A DNA stretch of 64,000 bases. It comes from Parasitella parasitica NRRL 2501 (lineage: Eukaryota; Fungi; Mucoromycota). Position 1 is the first letter of the stretch, and each line of letters starts with the position of its first letter. This document shows positions 28,601-41,987 of the stretch, piece after piece. Location of the stretch: contig MU619243.1 of NCBI GenBank assembly GCA_025201805.1, forward strand, positions 141,236 to 205,235, in the 5' to 3' direction. Both the position numbers and the translations under genes were made by a program. A model generated the notes under the pieces. It ran no database searches. It worked only from the letters and a program-made list of their open reading frames with translations, and was not told the origin of the DNA.

Positions 28601-29683
28601 TCAGGATACAGTAATTGTACCAGATGGCGGGGGAGGGTTACATCTAAATTGACTGTACCAGACAGGTTTTTCGCCAACGGTTGAGCAAGCATTAGTGGCA
28701 TTATTTTGGCATTTTCTTCTTGTGAAAGATTTTAATGAAGGTCTGAACAGCTTCCAGAGCTTGTCAAGCCAAGAGGTGTTTGAAGCAGCAGTGGCAGCAG
28801 CTCCTTTTCGTGGTTGAGCTAATTGAGCCGATTGATTTTCATCCAAGATGGTAGTCCATATTACAGAAGATGAAGGAGAGTGATAGGTTGTGTTGCAGCT
28901 GCTCTTCTCTAGGATAGTGCTACTATTTGATCTGAAACGATGCAGCTTCCTTTTGAATTGTATTGCAAATCTACTATTACTGCTTCGGCGCTTCTTTTGT
29001 GACACCTCGGTATCCTGGTGCAATGTCGAAGGCGATGCTAGTGAAACACTGCTTGCTGTCTGTTTTTGACTTATGAAAGAGCTTGTTATACTATTATTAT
29101 CATGACTATGCACATAAGAGTGAGTTTTGTGTTGCCCGCGAGGAGGGGGAGTGAATAATTGACGATGATAAGCACGATTTGAAAACGTGAGGCTGGATTG
29201 GTTTGACAATCTTTGACGCGACCCTACTGTATGTACAGATAAGCTAATCAAGGAAGATGAGGCATCTGTGGTGGAGCACCCTCCAGGATAATCATGTTCT
29301 GCTGTAGGTAGGAACTGCGAATCGTTGTGATATGGAAACGGTAATAGGCGGGGTGATTCTAAAACCCTGTCTTGTTGTTGTTGTCGATGACGAGGAGCTT
29401 TCCTTTGTGAAGATAAGTTTGATTCGTGATAACCAGACATTTGAGACAGTTCATTCCAATAACGGGCCAAGGGCATGTTTGAAGGCTCAGCTATACCAAC
29501 TTTTGACAGGTTTTCTAATGTCAATGGATATACCTTATGATCTACGCTGCTACAACTTGTGCCATTATCATTTCCCTTTTTGCCACGATGGTGTGAATAG
29601 TAAGATGATGAATTATGTAACAGATATATATCATGGCTGACATTATCACCCAAATGCTTTTCAAAAGATTTGATTCTGTTCAT
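28601..29683 (-). CDS. Uncharacterised Ser-rich, mostly disordered protein (~360 aa), intronless
   Basis: Long ORF with first ATG at 29683. Short ordered islands YPLTLENL, WLDKLWKLF and PVWYSQF. Confidence 0.65.
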   Translation of the reverse strand: MNRIKSFEKHLGDNVSHDIYLLHNSSSYYSHHRGKKGNDNGTSCSSVDHKVYPLTLENLSKVGIAEPSNMPLARYWNELSQMSGYHESNLSSQRKAPRHRQQQQDRVLESPRLLPFPYHNDSQFLPTAEHDYPGGCSTTDASSSLISLSVHTVGSRQRLSNQSSLTFSNRAYHRQLFTPPPRGQHKTHSYVHSHDNNSITSSFISQKQTASSVSLASPSTLHQDTEVSQKKRRSSNSRFAIQFKRKLHRFRSNSSTILEKSSCNTTYHSPSSSVIWTTILDENQSAQLAQPRKGAAATAASNTSWLDKLWKLFRPSLKSFTRRKCQNNATNACSTVGEKPVWYSQFRCNPPPPSGTITVS

Positions 29684-30499
29684 TGACGGGATGGGGTGCG
29701 AAAATATCAATAAAGCAAAGAAGAAAGTGCTCTTCTTTTAGACGGATATCATTGAGCGACTCTTTTATACAATTTTATGTGTGGCGCTAAAACGAGAAGT
29801 GATAATCTCATATCAAATTGTAACCATCAAATACTTAGAACGAGAGGTGTGCATCTAACTCTATAACGGGGCCTGTGTGCATAAATGAATTTCTGGGTCC
29901 TTCAGAGCACTTTTATAGATATTGTACCACTCTTCTGTTACTCATCGTTGCTCTTAGTAACCTTTATCTGTCGAATGATCGGTTCTTACATGTTCGAGAC
30001 ACTGTATAATCCGAAGAGCTTCCGAAAGATGAAACTTGGATGTTATCTTACTTTTTCTAGGGTAAAGAAAAAACCACGACTTATCATCCATTTGCATATG
30101 ATTTAAATGGAGTCTGGATCGCAAGGAGCATAAATCAATTCTGCATCAATCTGATGCACGTGGGATGGGGGCAAGTTTTTCAAGATGTGCTGTGATGTAC
30201 TAAATACTCAGGGTTCCACCAACAAAAATTAAGGCTGAAAATTTTACTGTATAATTTCTCCGTCTTCTTTATATAGCCAAAGATTGTATATAAATATTAC
30301 TTGCCCATCGTAATCCATTTATTCGTGATACAGTTCACTGATCTGCCCTCAACTCGTAGACCAGATTCGCCTTTATCTTATTCCCGTGGTGGCCTGTGCT
30401 CAATCAGCTTCGATACTGCGTTATACCATTATACAAAATACTTGTTTTATATTATCTACAGTGAGAACGGTAAATTTTCTCACTTTGAGAAAATTAAAA

Positions 30500-31690
30500 C
30501 GATTAGAATAAAGTTTTATTATGCATTCTTTCAAAGGTGTTTGAGTGATTGCTTGGTCTGTTTGCTCGGGTGTCTACAGAAGGAAATATCTCTTTGAAGC
30601 CTTCCATAGTCTGCAGATCGTAGCGATGATCAGCCAAAATATCATTGAGATCAAGCAGGCAATGGCCATACATTTCATCAGATATAGCAAATAGAGGATT
30701 GTTGGCATTGGCAGGGTTTTTCTGGTATCTGTATAGATAGTCTCCTGCCATATGTTCTCTATGATCTACCCACAGCAGATAAGGATCGGAATAAACTACT
30801 GAAAGCAATCAGAATGCAAAACATTATGCGAAGAGAACTTGGCGTTTGGAATAATGCAGCCTCAGTCATTGCAGCAGACCATTCAGTGTCATCAGCTAAT
30901 AAGCCCCTCGCACGTGCAGCTGCTTGATATGAGCTATGTAGATGTCCTTCAAAAGTTCTAAAGAACATGAAGGATGTAGCGCCAGGGACATGTAACAACA
31001 GTAACCTCAGGTGATAATAGTTGATATTTCTCTGGGATACGGTATACATTCTTCCAACTGTTCCGCTAAAACCTTCCTTTCTTGGAGCCCAATACCTGGG
31101 ATGTCCTTCTAGATGAAAAGTATATCTTTCACTAAAGTTGACATATAGTGTTTCCTTTGCAATTTCGTCATCAGGATTATGGGCGATATACTTGAACCAT
31201 GCAGTTAAAGTGCTCTCTGACATTGTACGTTCCAATACCTTAACGGGTTTTTCATTTTCATCGAATTACACCAAGTGATCTCCTGCTAAATGCACATCGA
31301 ACCTAAGGTACGAAGGAAATTCCTATGCGTTGCAAAAGATAACAATTGCCAGCATGCTTAAGTAGCAGAAACAATGTTATTGATATCCTCGAGGGTCCTT
31401 GGTTTGTCATCATTACCTGAGAATAAAAACATATGGCGATGAGGCAGCCCTCTTCTTTGAAATTCTATTGTATAACAATAGGGCACAACTTTGCCTAAGA
31501 TTGATCTCTTCACAATGTCATCGAGCAAAGCCTCTAGCTTCTGGCTAAACAATCGGTACAAAGATGAGGCCTGTCTGATGGTCTTTGGTTAGCTAACAGC
31601 TTGGTGACAATCTCGGGTCAGGCAGGATTACAAGTAAAAGTTATGAATAAGCCAGGCTTGAAAAACCGACGAACCAAGTTCATTGCATCC
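30500..31690 (-). mobile_element. Decayed Helitron Rep/helicase coding fragment
   Basis: Rep motif 1 ITFTCNPA*PEI...DRP, HUH motif 2 YTIEFQRRGLPHRHM, and linker motifs TLTAWF, GRMYTVS...YHLRLLLLHVPGATSF, YQAAARARGLLADDTEW and LRIMFCILI, with stops and frameshifts. Confidence 0.92.
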
Positions 31691-32944
31691 TGATATAGTT
31701 GTGCCATAAAGCGATGCCCTCCTACAAACGATGAAGGCAAGATTACCTTCCTTCCTATAGATGATATTCCTTTCTTTTTGGGTATGTATAATGAGTCTTA
31801 GAATGGTGTGATAACTCCAAGAATCCTCTTTTTGGCCACTAAATGTAGTTGATTGAATAGATAGCACATCAATTGCTTACTACCTTCGTGTTCTAGTTTA
31901 CCATTCTCTTGTTCATTGTTCATTATTCATTGTTCATCAGCAGCTTCTTGCTCCTCGCCATCCTCATTTTGTTCCTCACCGTCCTCTTCTTGTTCATCGT
32001 CGCCCTCTTCGTTCTTTATATTTTTTGAGACTGAATTTAAGCTAACTTAGCGTATTTACCATAAGTAGTGATGGAATTTACTTCATATTCTGTGTTTACA
32101 TCTCTAAGAGCTTTAATTTTTTTATTGAATAGCTTGAAACTTGGCGAAGATCTGGTAAGAAACTTTTTCAGCTTCGCAGTGGTGCGGCGCGTGGATGTCA
32201 GGTTATTGTAAATGCTAATCCAATATTTCATTAAATGCAATGCTCATATGGCTCCAACATCAATCAATGCAATACTCTTTTCTTTCTTCGCAACAAATTA
32301 ATTGAATGTTGCTTTCGAAGTTGTCTCTAAATACCTTTCAACGATCTGTCGTTTTTGTAGAGTCTCTTTTTGTTGATCTCTCTAATGTTAAAGCCTCTTA
32401 TGTTGGAAGCAACAAAAAACTTCATTCCCGGGCTGGTATTATTAAATTCGATAGCGTCAAGACTCCACCTCACACCTTTTTTGCAGCTTCTTTTGATCGT
32501 CGGATTAGCACATCAGGGATTCCATTGCGGTACCACACCAATCCCTCATCTGCTCTCTATTAGCACACCGAGTCTTTGGTTTGTTTGGAGAAGTTAAGTA
32601 TGCAGCGGTATTGAAATTTACAAACTTTTTATTTTATTCAGCATACAGCTCTGCAAAAACAAAAAAACGATTGATTATGCATTTTAACAATAATCTTTTC
32701 ATGTTACCTTCTTCATGGGTGGTGAGTTGTGAGTTGCGGCATCTGGCAAGTCTGGAGTTTTCGAAGCTTCTGGTGATTGATGCCTTGTTGATACTTGAAG
32801 TAATTGATCCGTTGTTGTAGCTTCGGGTGACCGGTGACTTGTTGGGTCTGATGTACTGGATTTCGCATTCAAAAAGAGGAAAATCAATAGTTTTAAACAT
32901 TTAAAGGTTGAGTTTCATCCTCATAGAAAGCAAAACCTGTAGAA

Positions 32945-33585
32945 GAAAAATAAAACAGAAGTGATTTTAAGGGGAATTTTCAGCAAAGTGGCATTTTATA
33001 CAAAACAAATTGCATCTTTATCGACGAGGCGGGCTTCAATGCCAACTTGATTCGAGGAAAAAAGATGGCCAAAGAAAGAATAAGATGCTGTTGTAAGGAC
33101 CCAGACAAAAAAAGCAATCAATTTTTCTGTGTTGGCTGGAATTTCTTACAGTGGTATCGAAGATATATTGGTGAAGCAAGTACTTGGATGCATTACCGCC
33201 GACATCTTTGTTGATTTTATCAAACAAATCATTGCAAGCATTGACAGAGACAATACTCCTCCGGGGTATTTCATTATGGATAACGCTAGAATTCACACAG
33301 CTTCAAAAGTAAGGAAGAACTGGCCACCATGTCCATTTTTTGCTCGGCTGTAGTCCATCCCTTAATCCAATTGAGGAGTGCTTTTCTAAGCCAAAAGGAC
33401 TCGTTAAAAGAAAGCCTGGACTCACAACAGCAGAGCTCGTAAAATACATTGGAGAGTGCGGTCTGGAAATAGCCCAAGAAAACTGCCATGGTTCGGTTGA
33501 ACATAATTTAAGTTTTTTGAGTAGACAATCCCTTGTCAGCAAGGTTGGGAAAATTCTTGAAAACCTCATCTCTGATAATGCCTAA
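32945..33585 (+). mobile_element. Decayed IS630-Tc1 (DDE_3) transposase catalytic region
   Basis: TNCIFIDEAGFN, YFIMDNARIH and SPSLNPIEECFSK, with frameshifts and stops. Confidence 0.9.
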
Positions 33586-33897
33586 CGTAAACTGAGAGTC
33601 ATCGTCCACCAGGCGGGTGATGTACTTGGTGTACTCTTCGGTGAGTTTTACGAGCGATTGAACTCTTCCTCCTCAGCACTTGCTTTGTACAATTCTTCTT
33701 TCCATATAGCGATTGACGACATGAATAACTGTGGACCAAGGCTAATTAATAACTTTTGCGATTTTAGCAATGGACAAATCTTCATCAAGATGCTTTTCAA
33801 TGACAAGCTTCTTTACATGGTCACTAATGCGAATGTTTCTTCTTGTTCTTTGTTTTTTTGAGGAAGAAGTAGCAGAGTGATCATTATTAGAAGACAT
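33586..33897 (-). mobile_element. Decayed IS630-Tc1 transposase N-terminal HTH region
   Basis: ISDHVKKLVIEKHLDEDLSIAKIAKVIN*PWSTVIHVVNRY...GG...KLTEEYTKYITRLVDDDSQFTL, with in-frame stops. Confidence 0.75.
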
Positions 33898-34659
33898 TTG
33901 AATAACGGTAGTACCGTATACTGTATCGGGTTGCAAGTTCTTTTTTATTTTTATTTTTATTTTTATTTAGACTGATGCTTGATAAAAAAGCTGTTACGGC
34001 AATTGATTTCAGAAATAAAACGAATAAAGAACAAATGTAGGCTACCACTTGGGCAAAAAAACTTTTTTTTTTCATATTAATCAAATTAGCTTAGTTCTAC
34101 ATCACTATCGTTATTTTTGGTTTAGACTTTATTCTTCTTTCATGGTTGACTCTCGCCAAAAACTAATGATATTTATCTTTTTGAATGCGAAATCCGATGT
34201 TTGGCGAAGTTTCATCAGAATTTAATAATAATAATAAAACTTTAATGAATTGGTCTTTCGTCGTCAGAAGAGTCTGACAACAAGTACTAAGCAGACCTTG
34301 AGACGTCATTACATGGCTCGGTGGCCAAAGAAAAGGAAAAGTGGGCAGAGGTGCAGGAATTAGCAACTGAGCACCGGTGCCAGAATTAACAACTGGGCAC
34401 CAGAACCCATTTTTCCTTTTCTTTAAGATTTAAACAATCTATTGTTTGTTTTTGTCTTAACCAGGCTTCTTTTTGTCTAGATCCGGACCTTCTATTATTC
34501 AAGCTACATCCAAAACATCTACCTGGTACTGACTAGATGTCTAAGTTGATATTACGCGACCAAGAGATTATTAATGTTGTAGTAACAACACTAATTGGTA
34601 AGTCATCCTTCGTCCTTCTGCCGAGAGCGAAATGAAATATATATATATTTATTTGTGTT

Positions 34660-34801
34660 TCATGTAGGGACTGAGGCACTCAACCCACAGGCTGGCCAGA
34701 ATGGCATTAAATCAGATGTTATTTATGCACCATCAATAGTATCTGCTAGCTTCCCACCTATGCTCGTAGAAATTCATCATACTGTGACCAAACTTTCATA
34801 G
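34660..34801 (+). pseudogene. Short remnant resembling a PD-(D/E)XK-type nuclease/transposon ORF
   Basis: SDVIYAP...PPMLVEIHHTV resembles a D...E-x-Q/K nuclease core. It is only a fragment. Confidence 0.3.
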
Positions 34802-36499
34802 TTTTCGCTGATGATATGAAGAATAAAGATACGGTGACAATCAAGGGCCGCGTTTCTGGTGTCGCTGAGGTTCTTCAAAAAGGGCTTTAACTGAGGTCGA
34901 GAACCTTTGGATCTGTGATAGTAGACATTCACGAATTCAGAATCTCCAAGGTTAGATTATTGCTGTATGCAAACATTGAAAAGGTTTCTATTCCCAACAT
35001 TTTAAACTGCATATATTAAAGGTGTGTAACAGCTGCATAAAAAAAGAGCTAAAGCAAATACAACTGTCCAAATAGAAACATCTCCCAGGTATATTAGATT
35101 GTAAACTCTGCCATATACTCTGGGATCTAGATATAAATACCCGCAAAAACATGCTAGATATTTCGCTTTCTGTTTAGGAGGGAAAAAGAAGATCTTTTGT
35201 CTTCAAAAGAGAAATCACTGTAAAGAACACGGTTTATTCTAAAGGACAATTTAGATATTTATAGGTAGATGAATATGCCGGCGTCTTTTTAGTAAGGATT
35301 CATGGAGTAAGTTGGAGTTTCTTGACTTGAAAAAAGATAGCCTCACACTCTGAATGGTGCTCTTACACGTGTATACGGTTGCTCATGCATATTTCTGCAA
35401 AATGAAAGAATTGTGTTGAATTGTACCGCTCATACCAGTAAATGATTTAGTGCACCGCCAAAATAGGCATGTGATGGATCCTATTGCAAGAATAATACCA
35501 ATGCAAAGAAGCGCAATCGCATGTATCGATTAAAGAAACCCCGCGATTTGTATCTTGATATACTGGATACAATTGGAATGCCAATACTAAGGGCAGCTAC
35601 AGCAATGAACACGATAAATCGAATATCTTGAAACTGTTGGGCATCATAATAAACTTTCTGCGTTACTTTTTTTTTTCTCTTCAATTTAAAGGGATATCTA
35701 CATTTGGAATTTGTAATGAAAAATAAATTGATTTGACCCCAGCATCCTATTGTTCCAAAAATACGAGTGTGCAATTTATGCAATATTGTAAAATGCAGTA
35801 TTCCAGGGGTAACATGCCCACTGTTTGTACAATATGCAGTGTATGTATGGCTTTTTAGTGAGTAATATAACTGGGTTTAGTCCTTATCATGTTATGTAAG
35901 ATGAAATTAGCGTGGTATTTTTTTCATCGCAAACGTATTGCATGGCTGCACTTATAAATTATATAGAAACAGGTCCACGCGACTTCTGCGTAGATTCTAC
36001 CCTTAGACAAGAAAAACGTTAATAAATATTCTTTGCAAACCTTAATTAACTGTGAATATTGAAAGGCTTCGGTCTCAGCCGAACTTTCTCACAATGGGAT
36101 AAAAATGTCCTTTAAAGGGGAATAATACTCATTTTGGTATAAACATATAATTACGAATGATGTAGTATCATAGAAGAATTTAATAGATGCTATGGCATGT
36201 CTTTGAAAAGGTAAATTTTGAGTTTCTGATAGTTCAAACCTTTCGGGATCCTGACATGTATATTTGAAACGTTTCAAAAATATCATAAGCTCCATAAAAT
36301 GTGGGAAGAACGGGAAATTTTTGAAAAAGCCAAGATTCGCCTGAAAACGGACTTGATGGACTTTCCAAATCAAATCAAATCAAGCGAATTAATATATACT
36401 TGGAGCAGTAACTAAACAAATAAAGGGGTAAGACGTATAAATAGCTACTGCACTTGGAGCGAGCCCTTTTATTTCCTGTGAATTCTACAATACTCAGCC

Positions 36500-38576
36500 A
36501 TGACAGATCTAGCAAACAGTCAGCAGACTCCTGCTTCAACCAAGAGCGAATCCATTGCCGAAATAGCTCCTGCGGATGTTACGGTTAAAGAAGAGATCAC
36601 TATTGATCAGTTGGAGAACCTGTCATATAAAGAAGATAGCAAATTAAATCATGTTTTGTTGAGGTATGCTTGATTCTTGTGCATTCTACATTGACATTTA
36701 AACTTTTTCCCTTTTTGCAGAAAATTGGACAGGAGATTGCTGCCAGTGCTGTGTGTTCTGTATCTCCTCAGTTACATCGACAGGTAACAACCACGATTGC
36801 TGTATGTTTTGTAAGCGCACTTTACCTAAACTGATTATCTCTACAGATCAAACATTGGTAATGCAAAATTAGGTGGCCTTGAAATCGACTTGCACATGTC
36901 CACTTCACAGTATCAATGGTCCTTGTCCATCTTTTATATTTCTTATGTTTTCTTTGAACTTCCCTCCAATATCATTATGAGACGCTGGCGCCCATCGCAT
37001 TGGCTTGGTATCTTGATGTTGTATGTATCTTTTAGTGCCTGCTAACCAGAGTAATCTAACTTTTTATTATAGCCTCTGGGGAGTTGTCGCAACTGCCATG
37101 GCAGCGAGCAGCAGCTTTGCTAGTCTTGCTGTGTGCCGATTTCTGCTGGGCGTCTTTGAAGCTGGTAAATTATGAATTAAGCAAATGGCTGCTAATAATC
37201 TATACTAACTCTTGATTGCTTTAACTGGTCATAGGCTTTTTTCCTGGTGTCATCTATTTTATGTCTTTGTGGTATACAAGAAAAGAATACGGTCGTCGTA
37301 TCGGTTTCTTCTGGTCATTTGGTAGCTTGGCAGGTGCCTTTGGCGGTTTGATTGCTTTTGGTATTAGCCAAATCAAAAACGATAAATTAGCTACATGGCA
37401 ATGGTACATTGAAAAGAAGCAAAATACGGACTTCAATTTTACTAACAGGGCTTCGTAGGCTCTTTATCATTGAAGGCATACCATCTGTCATTTTGGCTGG
37501 CTTCTCTGCTTGGTATTTACCAAATAAACCAGAAACAGCTAAATTCCTCACAGAAGAAGAGCGAGAGCACGTTGTAAACAGATTAGCATTAGGTATTTTT
37601 AATACACATTTTGATTGTATAGGGTATATGTATTCAACAAGTTACTAACAACCTCATGTATGCATACAGATGCTGGTGCATCCAATGATCATTCATGGTC
37701 GTGGGCTCAGGCTGCTTCCGTATTCACAGACTGGAAAACCTACTTTTACATGCTTATTTATGTTACAGGCACTAGTGCGTTACAAGGTGTCACTCTCTTT
37801 TTGCCTTCTATTGTAGCTGATATGGGAACTTGGTCTAAACCTGTGGCCCAAGCATTGACTGTACCTCCATACTTGTTGGCATTCTTTGCCACACTTGGCA
37901 TCAGTTGGAGTTCAGGTACGTCTATATATAAACACAAAGATCAAGTTAATACTACCAATCTCTAATATACTACACTAACAGACAAGTACTTTGAGAGAGC
38001 CTATCATCTGGTTGGGTTGAACATGATTGCGTTGTTGGGTTTCTTGCTGTTGATGTTTCTGCCTAGTGAAAATATAGCTGGAAACTACATTGGCGCTTGT
38101 TTAGTCACCATTGCAGTTTATGCAAATGTTGCAGTCAAGGTGGCATGGTTCAATAACAACTAGTAAGTTTCGATTGCACTTCTATCACAGAATATATTTA
38201 TGAAACATCAATTGTAGTGGTGGTCTTACACGTCGTGCTGTTGCTTCAGCTGCTATTGTTAGTGTTGGAAACATTGGTGGTGCCATCGGTGGACAAATTT
38301 ATTATGGTAATTTATGATATCTGTGAACATCTCGTGTATTGAAAGTTTTATATTAACTTTATGGTAGACCCTCCCCATTACTTTGCTGGGAATGCAATTG
38401 CATTCAGTTGCATGGGTGCCCAAACTGTTCTCGTTATTATTCTTCGTATACTACTTGCCCGTGAAAACAAGAGAAGAACTAAACTTTCACAAGAGCAAAG
38501 AGAGCTTGAAATTCATAAATACGGCGGCATGGATCTTGTAGGAGATCGTCATTACAGTTTCAAATATGTCTTGTAA
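36500..38576 (+). CDS. MFS transporter, anion:cation symporter (DAL5/TNA1-like) family; 10 exons
   Basis: LRKLDRRLLP...SYIDRSNIGNAK, FELPSN, RFLLGVFEAGFFPG, WYTRKEYGRR, WQWLFIIEG, LP..PETAKFLTEEER and RENKRR...FKYVL. Nine GT-AG introns all join in frame. Confidence 0.93.
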
Positions 38577-38705
38577 TATATAGCCACATTATTTTGTTTA
38601 TTATAAAATTGTACAATAATAATATACATTATTCACCCTTTTAAAATATTTATTGTTATAAAAACCAAAGTATAATACACACAAAAATCAAGGCATCTTT
38701 TTTTT

Positions 38706-41700
38706 TTAGATATCTCCAAGTTCTAGTTCACTATATTTGGAACCTTGGACATCAGTGCGAGCAGCTTGTTCTTTACAGTTTTGCAAATGCAAGAGAGTAG
38801 CACGGAAATGGCGACGAACATAATCAGAGACAGGGCCATCATGCTCTACAAGAGACGAGGAGTTGGACGTAGGAGGATGTTGATCAGGGTTGTCCATATT
38901 GCTTAAATTGGTATTGATAAGATCGATCAAGCCATTCAAATACTTGATAGTAACCTAAATGCAAAATATATATCAGTAAGTCTTGCTTGGATACCAATTA
39001 TAATAAACCTACGGCTTCATTGCCCTTCTCAAAGTAGTAAATATAGCGGTTTAAAATTTCAACAAATAGCTCGACATTGGTGACAGGATCCATACAGCTA
39101 TCGGCAATCTTCAAGGCCTTCTGAAGACATTCAAGAGCACGCTTACCGTCTCTGAATAGAGGAGCCTTTTCTCCTTCAGGGAGATCAGGTTCAGAGATAC
39201 CGCGCTCAGTAGCCCACCAGAGATGGGACGACAGATAAACACCACGACATTGATCTGGCTTCTTCAGGAGCTTACTGCTATGCAAGGCAGCCTTTGTAAT
39301 CAAAGTATCGTAATTATCAACAGAGAATACGCGTGTCTGTTGAAGTGCACCAATGATGCAGGTGATTGCCTGGAACTGAGCACGAGATTCAGAAATGGAT
39401 TCCTCATAGATAGTGAAGGCTTCTACAAAGAATTCGTATGCGATTTCTTCAAAACCGCATTCATCGGCACTTTGACCAGCTAACAAGAATAAATGAAGAC
39501 AATTGTCAGCAACCTCGCACTTGTGATATAACGTAGAAATCACTTGATGGATGAAACGGAAGAGAGCAGAGGTTTTTTTCTCCCAAATCTCGTCTTGTTC
39601 TTCCTGGAGCTTGTAGCGTCTAGCAAGTTTTACAGCAGAAACAATGAGAGGCGGGAAAGTGTAGCGAATGCGATCGCCACCATCACCAAACTGTTTTCTA
39701 GCAGCAGATAAAAGCAAAAATTGGGTATCTTCCTTTTCCGATTTAAATAGATGAATCATTCTAGCAAGGAGGCCTTGTTTTTCCACGTATTCTTCTTGCT
39801 CGAAGCTCAACTCCATGTTTCTTTGACGTCCACCGCCATTCATCTGTTGTGATGGTGCAGCAGCAGAAACAGGTACATCCTTTTGATCACGCAATAGAAC
39901 ATCACAAAGTTCAAGAATGCCGTGTACATCCTCTGGTATATCAATGACGGTGGCATTTTTCAAAATGCTATTCACTACTGCATAGGCAGTCTGTTGGCGA
40001 GTAGAATATGGCTGAAGAGCTAACAAAGGCTGATGATTAGCTAATGCCAACAGATACAAGGCTGAACTGTAATGTTGAATAGGAGCCAACAGTAATCCTA
40101 AAAGATTTGCTTCGGTTGCCTTGGAGTGAAGATCAGGTGAATCAGAAAATTCAAGAACTTTGTCTTTAGCATAGGCAAGGATTTGATCGACATAATCAAT
40201 TTTCTCGGGATAGCATGACAGAGAAAGGTTGATCAATGAGACCAACAATGCAGTTAGGTCTTGAATCGACAAATCAGGGCGGGCCTATAATGTGCTTTTG
40301 TTTAACCAACGAAACATGCATTGCACAGTATAGTCTGTATACCTTGACAAGTTCAACAATCTGACTCCAAAAGACAATAAAGAGTTCGACATCTTCAGGA
40401 ATACCACGTACCCTCTTGACAGCATCTTCTTCTTTCTCTTCAGCAAGATCTCCAGTTGAAGCTGGCTTCTCTTCTGCAGCTCCACTATCTTCTTCAGGCT
40501 TCTTGTCTTCAGCCTCGACATCATCTGTCGTTTCCTCAGCTCCTAAAGGTTCTTCACTAGCAATTTCCTCATCTTTGCTGGGTACTTCTTGCTCCTCTTC
40601 TTTTTCTTTTTCTTCTTTTTCTTCTTTTTCTTCTGGCTCTACCTGTTCTACTTTTTTATCTTTTTCAATAGTCGCCTCTTCTTGTTTTGGCTCCTCCTCA
40701 TCTTCTTCCTCGGGTTGAAGTCCTTGCAACTTTCTCTTTTTTTGCTCGGCAATACGACGAATGTTTTCCTCTCTTTGTCTCTTTGCTTCGTTGGGCTCTT
40801 CTCCTTCAGATTCACGAGTGGCAAAAGCAGCTAAACGATCAATCAAAGATATGATGATTTGTTTGACGTTGACTTTGGGATGCAGCTGAGCGGTTGCCGA
40901 CAGGAAGGGTTGCAAAGTACGAAGGTGGAAATCATCAGGGAAGACTTGAGTGATGACTTCCATCAAATATTCCTGAGCAATGACATCCCGGCAACTAACA
41001 GTTTGGTCCAAAATACCGGGAAGGATATCCTAAGTAACTATATTAGTTGACAACACACCAGCAGCTACCAAAAGATAGAAATTATTTACCTTTTGATAGA
41101 TTTTAAGATCAACGCCATCCAATTGACTCAGGCGGACAAGATTAGTGCCCACCAAGATGCGCAACTCCTTACGCTCTGCTTCTCGCTTCTCGCGATCACG
41201 AGAATGTCCCTGGTGCTGTAATCTAACCCAAAGCTTATTCATTTCGGTGAAGTTGGTCAAGATGAAATTGATAGACTCAAATACATTGCCCTCGGGTCTA
41301 CCAAAAGTCAGTGTCACTTTCTTATACTTGCAACGCATCATAAAAACATATGCTGCTTACCCAGAACCTTCGCCTACTGGCAAAAAATCGCGAGTCATAC
41401 TGCTAAGATAGTATCTTAAAAAGAGACCACGAATTGGATGCTGGACACCTCTCGTCATTTCCATCATATCACGCATGATTTCACGGACAGGAGCATCGGG
41501 CATACTCATATAAGCAGCACCAACAGTGATCATTAAATAAAGACGGGGCACGATGTTTCCAGCATACTGAACAAGTTCGTACAAATCTGCCAAATGATGA
41601 CGACCAGCAGTATGGGCCTCTGTTAAAAAGGCCGTTAAATGGCGCATAGCATCAAAAATGGACATATCTAATCGATCCGTAATCTTTAGTTCCAACAGCA

Positions 41701-41987
41701 AGAATTAAAAACAAAAAACTCACAAAGTTCATAATAGTTTTTGGGTGTTAACGCAGAAGTCCTCAATTCAGCAAGCATATTGGAGCAATGCTTCAACCCG
41801 TCCATAAGCTTATTGTTTTCCTATAACCAAATCTCGTCAATAAACCTTTTCTGGCCGCCAAAAAACACACACAACTTACCAAACATTTTTTCATAAGATG
41901 AGCCTGTACTTTGACTACATTTAACACTTCATCAAGAAGTTTAGCTTGATCCTCTATAGGAACAGGACTCATCATGGAGTTGCTCAT
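38706..41987 (-). CDS. VPS35: Retromer cargo-recognition subunit VPS35; 7 exons
   Basis: [77 protein letters not shown] and [12 protein letters not shown]. Confidence 0.97.

Noticed and set aside
41020-41030. ATATCCTT on the minus strand of VPS35 resembling a U12 AT-AC donor
   Set aside because: It lies in coding sequence (DILPG) directly after a normal AG acceptor.
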